DNA from: Geosiphon pyriformis uo1
Lineage: Eukaryota; Fungi; Glomeromycota
DNA length: 64,000 bases
NCBI GenBank assembly: GCA_016748015.1
Contig: JAAOMT010000590.1
Location: forward strand, 677,912-741,911
Direction: 5' to 3'
The notes below the pieces were generated by a model that saw only the letters and a program-made list of their open reading frames with translations, was not told the DNA's origin and searched no databases. Positions 10,742 through 24,932 of the stretch are shown piece after piece. Numbering within the stretch: position 1 is the stretch's first letter; each line of letters starts with the position of its first letter. The translations under genes were made by a program, and so were the position numbers.

Positions 10742-13642
10742 ATGGCTTCTCAAATTGACCAACTCTCAGTTAATACTATTCGTACTTTGGCAGCCGATGT
10801 TGTTCGCAAGGCCGATTCCGGACACCCAGGTATCTTATGCAACAGTTGTACATTCAATCGTTTGAAAAGAGTTATATCTTGTTTTTATCTATTCGCAGGG
10901 GCTCCCATGGGTTGCGCTCCTCTGGCACACGTCCTTTTCTCAAAGTTTATTATAGCCAACCCGGAGAATCCACTATGGGTATGCTGACTTTTACCCTCCA
11001 CTTTAAAATCATTCAACACAATTATTGCGTGAAGCTTTTCTTGAGCATTTTCCAGGGTCACAACCATCTTTGTGATTATACCATAAAATATCGCCTTTAT
11101 CTCCTTTATGATTACTTTTCTGTGGTGATAATGATCGTGGTTTAAATGCTTATTTAAATAGCAAGACACCCGTTCTTTGACTTTTTCATTTCATTGTTAT
11201 TACATCCGATTGCTATTGGATTTTCGAAGCCATTCAATCATTAGTACTTTAGTAATACGTTCTTTATTTTTCAGCCAAACCGGGATCGTTTTGTATTGTC
11301 GAATGGTCATGCCTGTGCTTTGCAATATATCTTGCTCCATTTATTAGGCTATGACCTTAAGATGGAGGACTTGAAAAACTTCCGTCAGACAGACAGCAAG
11401 TACGCCTTATTGGCAACACTTTTTTATCTATTTCAAGAACATTTAGAGATGACCTTTCATATACTTTAAGAACCCCTGGTCATCCAGAGGCTCACTTGAC
11501 TCCCGGAATTGAAGTTACTACTGGTCCTTTGGGACAAGGTAAATATATGATCCAAATTTTCTATATAATTCATCAATACAGCATTTTCCTAATGAAATTC
11601 TAAACTTTTTTGAATAGGTTTCGCGAACTCTGTCGGATTAGCGATTGCGCAAGCTCATTTCGCAGCTACTTTTAACAAACCTGGGTTTGATTTGTTCACC
11701 AACCATACGTATGTTGTTACCGGTGATGGATGTTTACAAGAAGGTATTTCCTCTGAGGCAGCCTCTCTTGCTGGGTAATAAAACTTTAAAATCTGATTCA
11801 GAGAAAAATGTTCTGCATAATTTATTAATCCAAGTTTATTCTTAGTCATTTGCAGCTTGGGAATCTTATCCTTCTTTATGATGATAACCACGTGTCCATT
11901 GATGGTAGTGTATTTATTTGGATCAATTTCTTGTTAGAATCATTTTATTTAAATTATAAAAAAATAATTATAGGTCATACCGACCTGAGTTTTACTGAGG
12001 ATGTATTGAAACGATTCGAGGCCTATGGTTGGCACACATCATTTGTCGCGGATGGCGACAACGATTTAGATGCCATCAGTAGAGCTATAGAAGAAGCAAG
12101 AAAGGTGCATAACAAGCCCTCAATAATCAAGATTCAAACCACCATAGGTATTGGCTCCAAAAAGCAAGGAACAGACAAAGTTCACGGCAGCCCATTGGAA
12201 CCCGATGATATTGCTTCAATAAAAAAACTTTATGGTTTTGATCCCGATCAGTATTTCCATGTGCCCCAAGAGGTAATGCTTTTATACTCTAATTTTTATT
12301 TTTACTTTAATTTAAATTAGTTTTCGATAAATTCAGGTTTACCAAAAATACGGCGAGATTAAACAGAAGGGTGCTCATGCAGAATCGCAATGGAACCAAG
12401 TTTTGGAGAAATACAGCCAACAATTTTCGAAAGAGGTAATAGGAAAACCTTAGTTAACAGATGATACCCTTAATTATATTTTGCTCTAACTGAATCTTAA
12501 TAGGGTTCGGAAATCAAACGCAGGTTTTCTTTGCAGTTACCGGAAAATTGGGTTGATCATTTGCCACGTTACTCACCCAATGACCCTGCCGTCGCAACCA
12601 GGAAATTATCAGAGACAGTATTAAACAAAATTGCTGACGTGTTGCCTGAGCTTATTGGCGGCTCCGCTGATTTGACTACATCTAATTTGACTCGATGGAA
12701 AACAGCAGTTGATTTTCAACCAGAGTCTAGTAATTTGGGAAACCATGCTGGTCGCTACATTAGATATGGTGTTCGTGAACACGGTATGGCTGGTATCATG
12801 AATGGGCTTTCTGCTTACGGCGGTATAATTCCATTCGGTGGTACATTCCTGAATTTTATAAGCTACGCTTCGGGTGCGGTTCGTTTGTCTGCGCTCTCTT
12901 CACAACGTGTCATTTACATTGCGACTCATGACTCCATTGGCCTGGGTATGTCTACTTAAAATAATTTGAGTTAACTCTTAGTTTTAAACGTTTAATTAAT
13001 AATTACATAATAAAATTTATAGGTGAGGATGGTCCCACCCATCAACCCATTGAGACTTTAGCCGGGTTACGAGCTCTACCAAATATTTTGGTATTCCGTC
13101 CAGCAGATGGCAATGAAGTCTCTGGAGCTTATCTTGCCGCAATTCAAAACCTCAAACGTCCATCGTTGTTGGCACTGACACGTCAGAATCTTCCTCAATT
13201 AGAAGGATCATCCATCGAAAAAACATTACTGGGTGGTTATGTCCTTCAAGACGTTAAAGAGGCTCAAATCATATTGACTGGCACTGGATCTGAAATCTCG
13301 ATTGCCGTAGACGCATCCAAAGAATTGGCTAAAGAAGGCATAAAGGCTCGTGTTGTCTCTCTTCCCTCTTTTGAGCTTTTTGAAGAACAAAGCTTAGAAT
13401 ACAAGAGCTCAGTTTTTCCTGATGGCATTCCCGTATTGAGCGTTGAAGCCTTGGCCACTTTCGGGTGGTCCAAATTTGCACACGCATCAATTGGTATGAC
13501 GACATTTGGGTCTTCAGGCCCTTATAAACAGCTCTATGAAAAATTTAATATTACTCCCAAAAATGTTGTTGATAAGGCGAAAAAGACCATAGATTTCTAC
13601 CAACATAATCCTCTTGGTTCACTAATCCATAAACCTTTCTAA
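10742..13642 (+). CDS. TKL1: Transketolase, multi-exon
   Basis: [53 protein letters not shown] (TPP motif), [32 protein letters not shown]; GT-AG introns. Confidence 0.98.
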
Positions 13643-14199
13643 TTATCGAAAAAATACTATTATGTCATTTCTTGTGTATATAGAATCCTTGCTTCTGAGC
13701 TAAAATGTCCTTGCCTTTTGTATTATTAAATTTTATCAGTTACATAATCATTGAGGTTTTGTCGCGTTAATGACATTTTGTCACGCACAAATTTAACAAT
13801 TATTGAGATGCATGATTCATCATTATTTATCAATTATAGCATTTATTAACGTTGTTATGCATTTATCAAAAAGTCGCGTTTTAGAAAAGACCCATAGTTT
13901 GGGGTGCCCCATTTTTAGGAATTGATTCCAAATATTAGCGACGCGCAGGTTGCGCTGCCCATTCTGAATTTTTGATGTGTTTTAAAAGAGTACCCAAAGC
14001 TGCTCTTCTTTGACCAATGTACGGTCGGAGTCCGTCGGCAAGTCTCGCTATAATCTTTCCCACTATTATCTTAAACACAAATTTCCTTTCATCATTTATC
14101 ATCATTTATTTAAAATCTATTAGATAGATGATATTAATACTTTTTTTAATATTATTTTTTTTGTCACTTGTGCTTCTTCGCATCCCGCTAGTGAGCACA

Positions 14200-15795
14200 A
14201 TGTTCAATCTATTGCCACGCGCAATACGGGCTTGGTTGTATGGGACGGCTTTGTTCAGGTTGGTTTTTCCAGAGTCAGTGACCAAGTCCCAAATGAGTTG
14301 CCGAGATTTATTAAATAAGAGCCTACTCTATTTTAGTCTTGCTATTGGTATAAATATAGTACAGTTATGTTCGTTCTTATTTGTACCTATTTCACGGCGT
14401 CTGGTGTGGGACATTAATACTCGTGGGGCACAGACCATGTGGTGGGTTATGCAAGTAAGTCAAACATCTGGAAGAGGGAATAGATTTTATCTATTATAAG
14501 CTTGTAAGAAAATGGTGTAGCTAATTCTTGGATCTCCTCTCGTCTCACTTTAATGTTTTATGTTTTGACACAAAGTATATATTTGAGGTAAGCAGAGCTT
14601 AGATACTGAATTCTTACAATTCTCTCAGTAAATTCAAACTTAAATTTTTTGATTGGTTTGTAGCGACAGCATAAAGGAAAAATAACGTTCTCCGGCGATA
14701 GACTCCCGAAAAATGAAAGTGCGATTGTAATTAGTAACCATAGATCATTCACAGATTTTTACATTTTACATGCGGTTGCTGTACGGGCGAATATGCTGCC
14801 GCATATAAAATACTTCGCCAAGGATTCTTTGAAATATGTAAGCGGGTTGTTTAAAAATCTATTTCCCTTAATGATAAAATTTTAAAAAGCGCCCTAACAT
14901 CTAATTTAATAATTAACCATAGATTCCTTTTTTTGGGTTTGGGATGTGGGTAAGTTTATTTCCGTGATATCTTTTCCAGGCTCAAGTAAAAAAGCTTTAT
15001 TTATTTATATTCCACGTCTATCTATAGCTTATGGGTATGATATTTATTAAAAGAAATTGGACCCAAGTGAGTTGACTTTAATTCTGATTTTGAGGCAAAT
15101 ATAAAGCATGAAATCAAAACTTAAGTTTATTTTCTTGCCATAAGGACCAAGTCAGGCTTGGAAAAATGTTTTCCGCAATAAAACAGTATAGAGCGCCGGT
15201 ATGGGTGGTTAATTTCTTGGAGGGGACTAGGATGACTCCCCAAAAAGTCCAGGAGGTAACCTTTCATTGATTTTAAGGATAAAAATTTCTTCAAATACAA
15301 CTCTGATTAAATTCAAATAGGGTCAGAAATTTTCCAAAGAACGGGGTTTACCAATTTTAAGAAATCTCTTGGTACCACGTACCAAAGGATTCATCGCTTG
15401 CCTTGGTCAGCTTCGTGATAGCCATGTTAAATATGTTTATGGTATGTTTTGGGGTTCGGGTATCTTTGAAGTTACATTCTAGGTTTTTTCAACTTTATAA
15501 TTTCTTACCCGATTCTGTAGACTTTACAATTGCCTACCATCATATAACAAAAGGCCTACAATTACCACCCAATCTTGTTCAAATACATATGTACTCCAAC
15601 CTTTCCCCACCATGGTCTTTTCATGTTCACGTACGACGATATGCTATCGAAGATTTACCCAAGAACGAGGAAAGATTAGTGGAATGGATTAAAGAACGAT
15701 TTGTCGAAAAAGATGCAATACTTGAAGATATGAAATCAAACTGGATAAATAGCGAACAATTGGGTGAAGTTCGTGCAGAGAGATATTTTAAGTAG
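14200..15795 (+). CDS. Lysophospholipid/1-acylglycerol-3-phosphate acyltransferase (LCLAT1/AGPAT/Cst26-like), multi-exon
   Basis: Catalytic NHRSFTDF (HX4D), KDSLKYIPFFG, FIKRNW, FLEGTR, LVPRTKGF, C-terminal HVHVRRY...WIKERFVEKD. The start Met is uncertain (14200 or 14128). Confidence 0.9.
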
Positions 15796-16080
15796 ATGTA
15801 TTTTTCTATAGAATATAAATTAATGTAATATAAATTCTTAGTTTAATAAAGCTCTTTGATATCAGACTCTATTTAGTTATTATAATTATTTTATTAGTAA
15901 TTTATGTCATATTAGTAATGGAATTTAATACAATGCTTTGATCCTTTGACCACCAAAAAACAAAAAATCACTTAAGCATGATTTTCTTTCTATTCAAAAA
16001 AACAGTCTCAAACTTACAATAAGATTTGTAATAATAATAATAAAAAAAAGCAATTTAGAAATAAACAATGCAAATAAAAC

Positions 16081-16309
16081 TAAGTCGGATCGGATCAAGT
16101 TTAAGTTTGACCCAATTTTTTGAGTTTGGATAATTTTTTTAAACTGCCATTTGCAACTTGATTAATTTACTCAGGTCAAATGTGGATTAGATATACATTT
16201 TATATAATAATTTTGACTTTAAGTAAAAATACTTGCAAAGCTTAAATTAAGTTAAATCAAATTAAAATCGGATTAAGTTCCAAATCTGCATCTGATCCAA
16301 TCTAACTTA
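16081..16309. mobile_element. Candidate MITE (~230 bp) with 17-bp terminal inverted repeats
   Basis: TAAGTCGGATCGGATCA (16081-97) versus TGATCCAATCTAACTTA (16293-309): reverse complement with 3 mismatches, all transitions. No convincing TSD. Confidence 0.5.
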
Positions 16310-16349
16310 AAATTAACAGATCATATTTTTTAGATTGATTGAAACATTA

Positions 16350-19300
16350 AATAAAAGCTAATAAGATATTGTTAAATAATAAAAACTTCGATTATAATAC
16401 TAAAATTGTTACTTTAAAATTATTTAAAACAAAAAAAACTAAAATAATTATTATTATATTATTGTTTTTTATTTAATTTTACAAAAAATATTATTATTAA
16501 AAAAGCTAAAATTTTGTTTTTATTAAAATAATTTTGAAAAAAAAGTTCTTTGTTTTTGCTTTTTTTTTCACATTTTACAAAACATTAATTTCTTTGTATT
16601 AAACTTAATAACTGCTTTTACCAGTAATATAATTAAGAAAAAATCAGTAAAAAAAATTATTTATAAATTTGTTAATAAAAATTTTATACAAAAACCAAGA
16701 AATTTGGTAAAAATATTAAAAACTTTGGATAATAAAACAAAGTTGTTTTTAAATAAATCTTTAAATATAAAAACTAACTTTTAATGTTTAATTTATAAGA
16801 TATTAGTTTTTGAAAATTTGTTAAAATTTAAAAGTTTTTAGATATTTTATTAATAAAATTTTACTTATTAAGTTTTTTTTATAAAAAACAAAAAATTAAA
16901 ATGTTTTTAGATTAATATTAATGATTATATTAATGATTATATTTTTTATAAAAAGTAGTATTTTCTATTAATTGTAATTTGTTTATTCTATATTATTTAA
17001 TTTTGTTTTTTTGTTTTTTTAATAAGTTATAATTTATTATAAAATAAAATTTTTAAAATGTGTTTTATCTTTTAGCAAGTTATTATAATGTTAAAATACT
17101 TATTATAATAGTTAAAATATTAATAAAATTGTTTATATTATTTTTAGGTATTTTTAAACTTATTTATAAATCTCTAAAATAAAAAAAATTAATAATTTAT
17201 TAATTATTATACTTAAAAATAATTGATTTAGTTTATAAAAATTTTAAAATTTTTTATATTGTTTATATTTAGTTTAAAACATAAAAAGTATGGAATTTTA
17301 ATAATAATTTTATTAAAAAAAAATTAAATTAATTATTATTATTTATAAAGTAATATAAAAAATAAGTAATAGTTAAAATATAACATAAATTAGCCAATAA
17401 TATAACAAAAATTAACAAATTAGATAATATTAAAATTTTTAGAAAAGATTTCAAAAATTTCAAAAATTTCAAAAATGTCAAAAATGTCAAAAATTTTAGC
17501 AATAACTTGAATTTTATGTTATAAAAATTTATATATATAATATTATTATTAAAAACAAAAAAAACAATTAGTTTATTAAATTTTTATTAAGTAATTTCAA
17601 CAATTAAAAATTTAATACTTAAAGTAAATATTTATTTAATAAAATTATAATTTAACTATTTACAATTTAAAATTTTATAAATTAATATTTTTTATTAAAA
17701 TTTACTTATTTTTAACTAATATAATAATATCTACTTATTATTATTATTATTATTTATTATTCTTAAAAACAATAATTTTTAATTATATTTATTAACAATA
17801 TATCAATTTTTTATTTTTATTTTTATTTTATTTTTGGGTTTGTTTTATTTTGTTTTGTTTTTATTAATTAATTAAAAAAAAGCATTAAGATTATAATATT
17901 AAAAATAATTTAATAAAAAACATAAGAATAAATATAAATTAATTTATTAGATTATTTTTTAAAAAAATAAAAAACACCAAAATAAATCAGTTATTATATA
18001 TTAAAAAAATTAGATATTAAATATTACTAATTATTATTAATAAATTTTTATTTATTATACAAAAAATTCAATTAATTAAAATTTTTAGATTAATTAATAA
18101 ACTTAAAACATTAACTTATAAGCTAATATATTATATAATTATTTATAATATTATAAATAAATATTTTTTTTTAACTTATATATATATATATGATTTCAGT
18201 TTTATAAAATAACTTTTAAAAATTTATTTTTTTGTATAATTTTGCTATTGTTAATTATATTTTATTATTTTATATTATTTAAAATTATTATTAATTATTT
18301 AATAATTTTGTTAATTATTATTAATTATTTTATATTATTGTGTTTTATTTTATGTTATTATGTATTTATTTATTAATTATAAATTACATATTTTTTTTAT
18401 GTTTTTTATTTAAATAATAATTTTTTTATTTTAAATTAAGTACTTGTAAAATTAAAAAATTGTTTTTTTAAAATTGTTAATTTTACTTGATTTTTTAAAT
18501 TAAGGATTGATTATTTTTTTATGTTATTAATTTTTAAGATATTTATTATTAAATTTAATAATATTAATAAATAATATTTAAAAACTGTATATAAATAATT
18601 ATTAGTTTTATAGTTAAAAATTAAGTTTTTTTTTGATAAATTGTTTTACTTAACACAAAATCTTTTTGTTAAATAATTAAATAATATTATTTATATATAA
18701 TAATTATATATCTAATTTTTTTTAATTTTTAATTTAATTTGTAATTTATTTAAATTTTTTTTTTAGTCTATTTAATATTTTATTAATGTAACTTATCTTT
18801 TTTTTGGTTTTGATAAGTAAAATTAAAAATAATTAAATTTAATTAAACTTTTATTTTTTTTATTTTTGTTAATTGCTTTATATTAAATTTTTGTTTTATT
18901 AATAATAATTTTAAAATTTAAGTTTTTTTGTTATATTACTTTAAACAATTAATATAACAGTTAAAAAATGTTTTTTAAAATATATATATTATTATTTTTT
19001 AATTTTTTTGACAATTATAGTAGTTTTATATATTTGTTAATTTTATTAATCAATTTTTGTAATTCAAACTTTGTTTAATTATAATAATAATTTTAAATCT
19101 TGTAAAAATATTTCTAAATTTAATTAATAAAAATCTGTATTTTTAATTAAAATATTTGTATTATTTTGTTAATAATTATTAAATATAATAAAGTTTTAAT
19201 TAATTTTTATGTACTGTTTTTTTAAAAATTTTGTTTTCTAAACTTAATTTATATATTTTAATTTTCATTATTTTTTGTATGTAAAATAATTTATTTTACT

Positions 19301-20500
19301 TAAAATCAAATTTTTTATTATATTGTTTTTTATTTTTTATTTTAATGATTTTGTAAATATTTAATATTTTTAATTAAAATTTTTTAACTATTTTTTAATA
19401 TATGTTTATTTATAAACTAATTTAAAAAAAATTAATTAAATTATGTTTTGTTTTATTGTTTAATAAGCAAAAAATATTAAAAATATAAATAAATTATATT
19501 TTTGTTTATTTTTATTGTTTATTTATTTATATTATTATCATTAATAGTAATTATTAATTTTTATACAAAAAAACTAATATTTTATGAAATATTAGAAATA
19601 ATAAAATAATAAAAAAAACAAAAAACTTTTAAGAATTTTATATAAAATTTTTTATTTTTTTAAATAATACAATTAATTATTATTTTTTATAAATAATTTT
19701 TTTATACTAATATTTTTTTATTTGAATTATAATTTTCAATAATTTTTGTTTATTATATTTAATAATTTTATAATTATTTAATTATTAATTTAATAAATTA
19801 ACTTTTATTTAAATTTTTTAAATCTATTATAATAATCTATTAAATATTATTATAAAAATAAAAAATAATTTAATATTCAAAATTTTTTGTATTAATTTTT
19901 TATATTTTTATATCTATTAAAAACACCCAAAAACTTAAAAAAAAAAATTATTTTATCATTAAAATTTTTTATTTTTTATTTTATTTTATTTTAGTTTAAT
20001 TTTTTTGTGTAAAACTATTATTAATAGAGCCAAAAACAGTTTTTTTTACCATATTTTTTCTTTACTATATTATTATTATTATTATTATTATTATTGGTTA
20101 TTAGTTTTAAAACAAAAAGATTTGTATTTTATAAAATATTGAAAATTAAAGCAAAAAAAAAAATTTTTTTTTTTTGAAAAATTTGGAATAAAGAAGAAAA
20201 GAAAAAAGTTTTAAATTTTTAATAATAGTTAAATTCAAATAAGTAAAAAATAAAACATATATATTCTATATATTTAAATAATTTTATTATTAATTTTTTA
20301 TAGATTATATAACAACAATAACAACAATAACAACAACAAAAAATATTTAAATTAATTTTAAAAAACATTTTTTTTAAAACAATTATTTTTCTTTTTAATT
20401 TCAGAAAAAAAAAAAAGTATTTTAATACTGTTTTTTTATAAAAATACCAAAAATTGAAAGAAAATCCACTATTAATTATTAAATTTTAATGAAACACAGA
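16350..20500. other. Extreme AT-rich block (~4 kb) containing a ghost LTR-like motif
   Basis: About 90% or more A+T, CpG almost absent, no ORF of 60 aa or more; TTAGCCAAT plus a 9-bp repeat array at 17390-17497. Confidence 0.7.
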
Positions 20501-21690
20501 TATTTTGATTTCTTCAATTTGAAAATTAAGATTTTTTTATGAATTTATCAGAATTCCAAAAAATCAAAAACCAAATGATTTAGATTTCTTGGAAAAAGGT
20601 TTCATTAGGATAAATAGAATTTAATTTGGGGCATGCATTCTCTCGATACCAAAATTAACTTATTTAATATGATGATAAATAGTGTGCAAAGCCAATACCA
20701 TAGATTTGAGGATGATTGGAATTATTAGTGAAGGAGGCGCGGTGAAGAAATAAGAAGACGAGTGTGAAGACTTGAATATGATGAAATATTGGGAAAATAT
20801 CATTTAGATTTGGAATAAATTGTGAAAGAGGACATCTACAAACCAAGTTTATTTTCGATATTGATCTCACATTGGGGCTGAGGGAAAAATTTTATTTAAG
20901 TCAATCAAAAATTTTTGAGTCACAAAAAAGAAATTGGGTATCGATCAAATAACAGCCGACTACCAAATTTAGAATCTGATAATTTCTGCGACACGTTTTA
21001 TATTTTTGTGTGTTGCATGATCAATGACGATATGATAATGATGATTACGAAGACGATTATGATGATGAGAAAGATTATATATAATGATTAAGAGAGTGAA
21101 ACTGTTTAGGGGGGAGAGGGAGAGAGGAAAAGAAAGGAAGAGAAGGAGAACGTTCTTGCTTACAGAATGTGGTGTAAGCATAGACAGGTTAGAAAGAAAG
21201 GATGAGGGGAGAGTGTTTGAGGTGTTTAACATTTTTTATTACATTTGAAAATTGAAACCTAGAACATTTTATAAAATGGGAGATTTTTTTTTTTTTTTAA
21301 AGTTAGTAGTAAATGAAAATTGGGTAGGTTCGGGTTCTGAATCTAAATTAAAATTTTCAAGAATTCGAGGTTCCTCAACATTCGATCTAAAAATCCCGAG
21401 CTATGAAGGATGATTATGATGATGATTATGATGATGATTATGATGATGATGTAGAGACTCCCAATTTGAGTAATGAAGGGACGATCATTATAACGTGATT
21501 GTGAAACCCAACATCATTAGAAAAAATTACCGAAAACGGAAAACGAGTCTTTTTAATCCTGAAACTTTTTTACAATTGAACATGAAGCAGGTATTATCCA
21601 ATTTCTAAATATAGACTAAAATAGAAAATAATGAGGCTTAGGATTAAATTTAAAATTATAGTAATAAGGATAGTCGGTTATAAAAATAGT

Positions 21691-21724
<34 letters not shown>

Positions 21725-22096
21725 TCATCATATGGGGACTGTCAAGATTTCTATATTTAGGTTTTTAGAAAAATTTATTATTATTATTATTATTAGAAAT
21801 TAGAAATTAGAAAAATATTGTTACACAAATCCTTTAGAAAAGAATCTTTTTTCTTATTTATCACTTTATTTATAAATTTAGTAAACATTTCGCGGCATAA
21901 CTTGAGTTTCTTGATCTAATAATGCTTTAAGGTATAATTTACATGTTTTTGGTTTGGTTTCTTTTTAAATATATTTTTTTTAAAGAATTTACAAACTTGT
22001 TATTTATTTATTTATTTTTTGTCAACAATTATATGGTGTTAATCTGTTATTGTTATTGTTATTATTATTGTTATTATTGTTATTATTGTTATTATT

Positions 22097-22181
<85 letters not shown>

Positions 22182-23621
22182 TTGAATCAAATTTATGTTA
22201 AAAGCGACAAAGTTTGCATATGGAGTTTCTTAAATTCTCCATTAGTATTATTTATTGAAAAATATTCAATAAAAAAAGAAAAAGAAAAAGAAAAAGAAAA
22301 AGAAAAAGAAACTGGTTCTAAAAATAGTAATGATAAAGGAGGAGGTTTTACTAAGATAATTTTTATCGTTTGACTTTAAAACCGAAAATTTTTTTTGGGG
22401 GGAGAGGTTAGTTATTTGTTCTGAAGTATACTTTAAGAATCATTTAAAAAAAAAAAAATTACATAACATTAGAATAATTTTATTTAAATCAATAAAATCA
22501 AAAAACGAATATTGAAAAAAAGTTGGAAAAAAGTTTTGATAATGTATACTTTTTTTTTCTTTTAAAATATGAATAATACGGAATTTTTTTTATATAATCT
22601 CTAAAAATAAATTAAAAATAAAAAAGAGTTAAATATGTTGTTTTAATGGTCGGGAGGAAAAGATCAAAATAGTAATATTTCATAGAGGCGTTTTCAATTA
22701 AAATATATATATTTTTTTTTTTGATTGGGTATATATTTATATATATTTTTTATTGTCAAAAAATCTCATCTCAATTATCTAAAATGATATATTTTAACCC
22801 AAATGATCATTCATTAACAAGAAAATACCAGTTTATCTCATTGTCATTGTTCCAATAGACTTTCTCAATAAAAATTACCCTTTTTGTATTTTTTTTTTTA
22901 TATTAAAAAAGTATTTGAACACTTGTTGATTCATATGGAACAAAAAAAAATAGAAATCATTTTTGGGCGTAACTGATTGAAAGGATAAATTTTTAGAAAA
23001 CACGGTTTTTTTGAAATCATTATGATGATTATGATTATGATGATGATTATAATGATTATGATGATGGTTAATCAAAAATAGTATTTTCATAGACGGTTTG
23101 GTTCTTATAGTCATGTTATAATAGAAATAATTTTCCAATTAATCCTTTTTTGCATTTTTAATTTTCTCAAATTTCATAGGATAAATGTTTTTAAGTTTTT
23201 TTTTTAAAAAAAAAAAAAAAAGAAAGAAAATGCAAGATCCATTCTCGATGTGACTTTATGCAGAAGAACTTTATAAAAAACTTGATTCCTTTAATTGATT
23301 ATCATAATATATTTATTATTGTGTTTCAATGATAAAAAACTTACTATCAAAATTGACATTATATATTCGTAAATTTTGTTTTAAACTTTTCTTTTTTTGA
23401 CTGGCATATGAAAAAAATATTTTTAGAACTACCAGTTATATAACTAGACTCAATTGATTATGGTTACGGGAGGCAGTTTAAAAATTTTCTATAATTATAA
23501 TTATTATTATTATTATTATTATTATAATTATTATAATTATTATTATTATTATTATTATTATAATTATTATAATTATTATTATTACGCGCGCGATATCTTT
23601 TTCATGTTCATAGAAACAATA

Positions 23622-23698
23622 TAGGTATTCATAAACAAAATAGGTATTCATAAACAAAATAAGTATTCATAAACAAAAATAGGTATTCATAAACAAAA
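23622..23698. repeat. Minisatellite, 4 copies of TAGGTATTCATAAACAAAA (19-20 bp)
   Basis: Four near-identical tandem units visible. Confidence 0.9.
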
Positions 23699-23855
23699 TA
23701 ATTAATATATGATTATGAACTTTTGAATAAATTTGAACATCGAGATTATATAAAGTTTATTACCATTTATATTTAATTAAAAAAGTCTTATGAAAATAAT
23801 TATGAATTGTGAATTTTTTACGTATATGCTATTAAAATTATTAATTAAAATTCAA

Positions 23856-23898
<43 letters not shown>

Positions 23899-24841
23899 TT
23901 CTTTGGAAAAATTCGGTTTTTTGAGTATCAAAACTTTCACGCCTCAATGATGAATAAAATATATATAATGAAAAATACCATAATTAGATTGATTGATTGA
24001 TTTTGGTAATAATCATAATCGTTAATTATTTATACACACACACACACAAACCCACCCATCCCATTTATAATCAAAAAGGTCGCGTGGAAATTTATCAATA
24101 GGAATTACTAAATCCGTTAAATTTAAAAAAAAAGTTCCCATCACTCGACTTATAATCTATCCCTCACCTTATGACTTCATAATCAAAATAATCTCATTCT
24201 CTATTATCTATTATCTATTATCTATTATCAATTCTCTATTATCAATTCTCTATTCTCTCATTCTTACCCTTCTTACATTCACTACCCAAAAAATCTTAAC
24301 GTGCATTTTCAAGAAATACTGTGTCAAACCAAAACCAAAAAGAAAAACCAATTAAAAATTCTTTTGACCTTTTAATTAATTTAGAATGGTTGTAGTATAA
24401 CGTAATACATCACGAAACAGGAGTACGAGAATATCTTTTTTAGTCCTGGTATGAAAAAATTCCCCCTCCCCCAAATTGTGTATCATAAAAGGAGGGATTT
24501 AGTACAATGTCCTAATAGTAAATATAAATAACAGACACATAAATACACACACACATATACACATAAACACATATACACATACACAGACATACACACACGT
24601 TAACGTTACCTAAGATTTTTCTTGGAAATGCAAAAATTAAATGTAACCTTGACACAAAGATTCAAAATTTCACATATTTTATGCATAAAAAGGTTACACC
24701 GAAATTATTTTTTCTATTTGGTTATCGAAAAATTTTCCTAACTATCCATTTCTGGAATGTGTCAGGGGTCCCATGATTTCATGCGTCACACACGATCGGC
24801 TTGTATCATTTTAAACAAATTTCAAGTAATGATTGCCTCTT

Positions 24842-24872
<31 letters not shown>

Positions 24873-24875
24873 ATC

Positions 24876-24932
<57 letters not shown>

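Noticed and set aside
10979-11274. TPP riboswitch in the transketolase intron
   Set aside because: The conserved CUGAGA and adjoining aptamer core motifs are absent.
21943-22373. Poly-Cys and poly-Leu ORFs
   Set aside because: Translations of a (TTA/TTG)n microsatellite.
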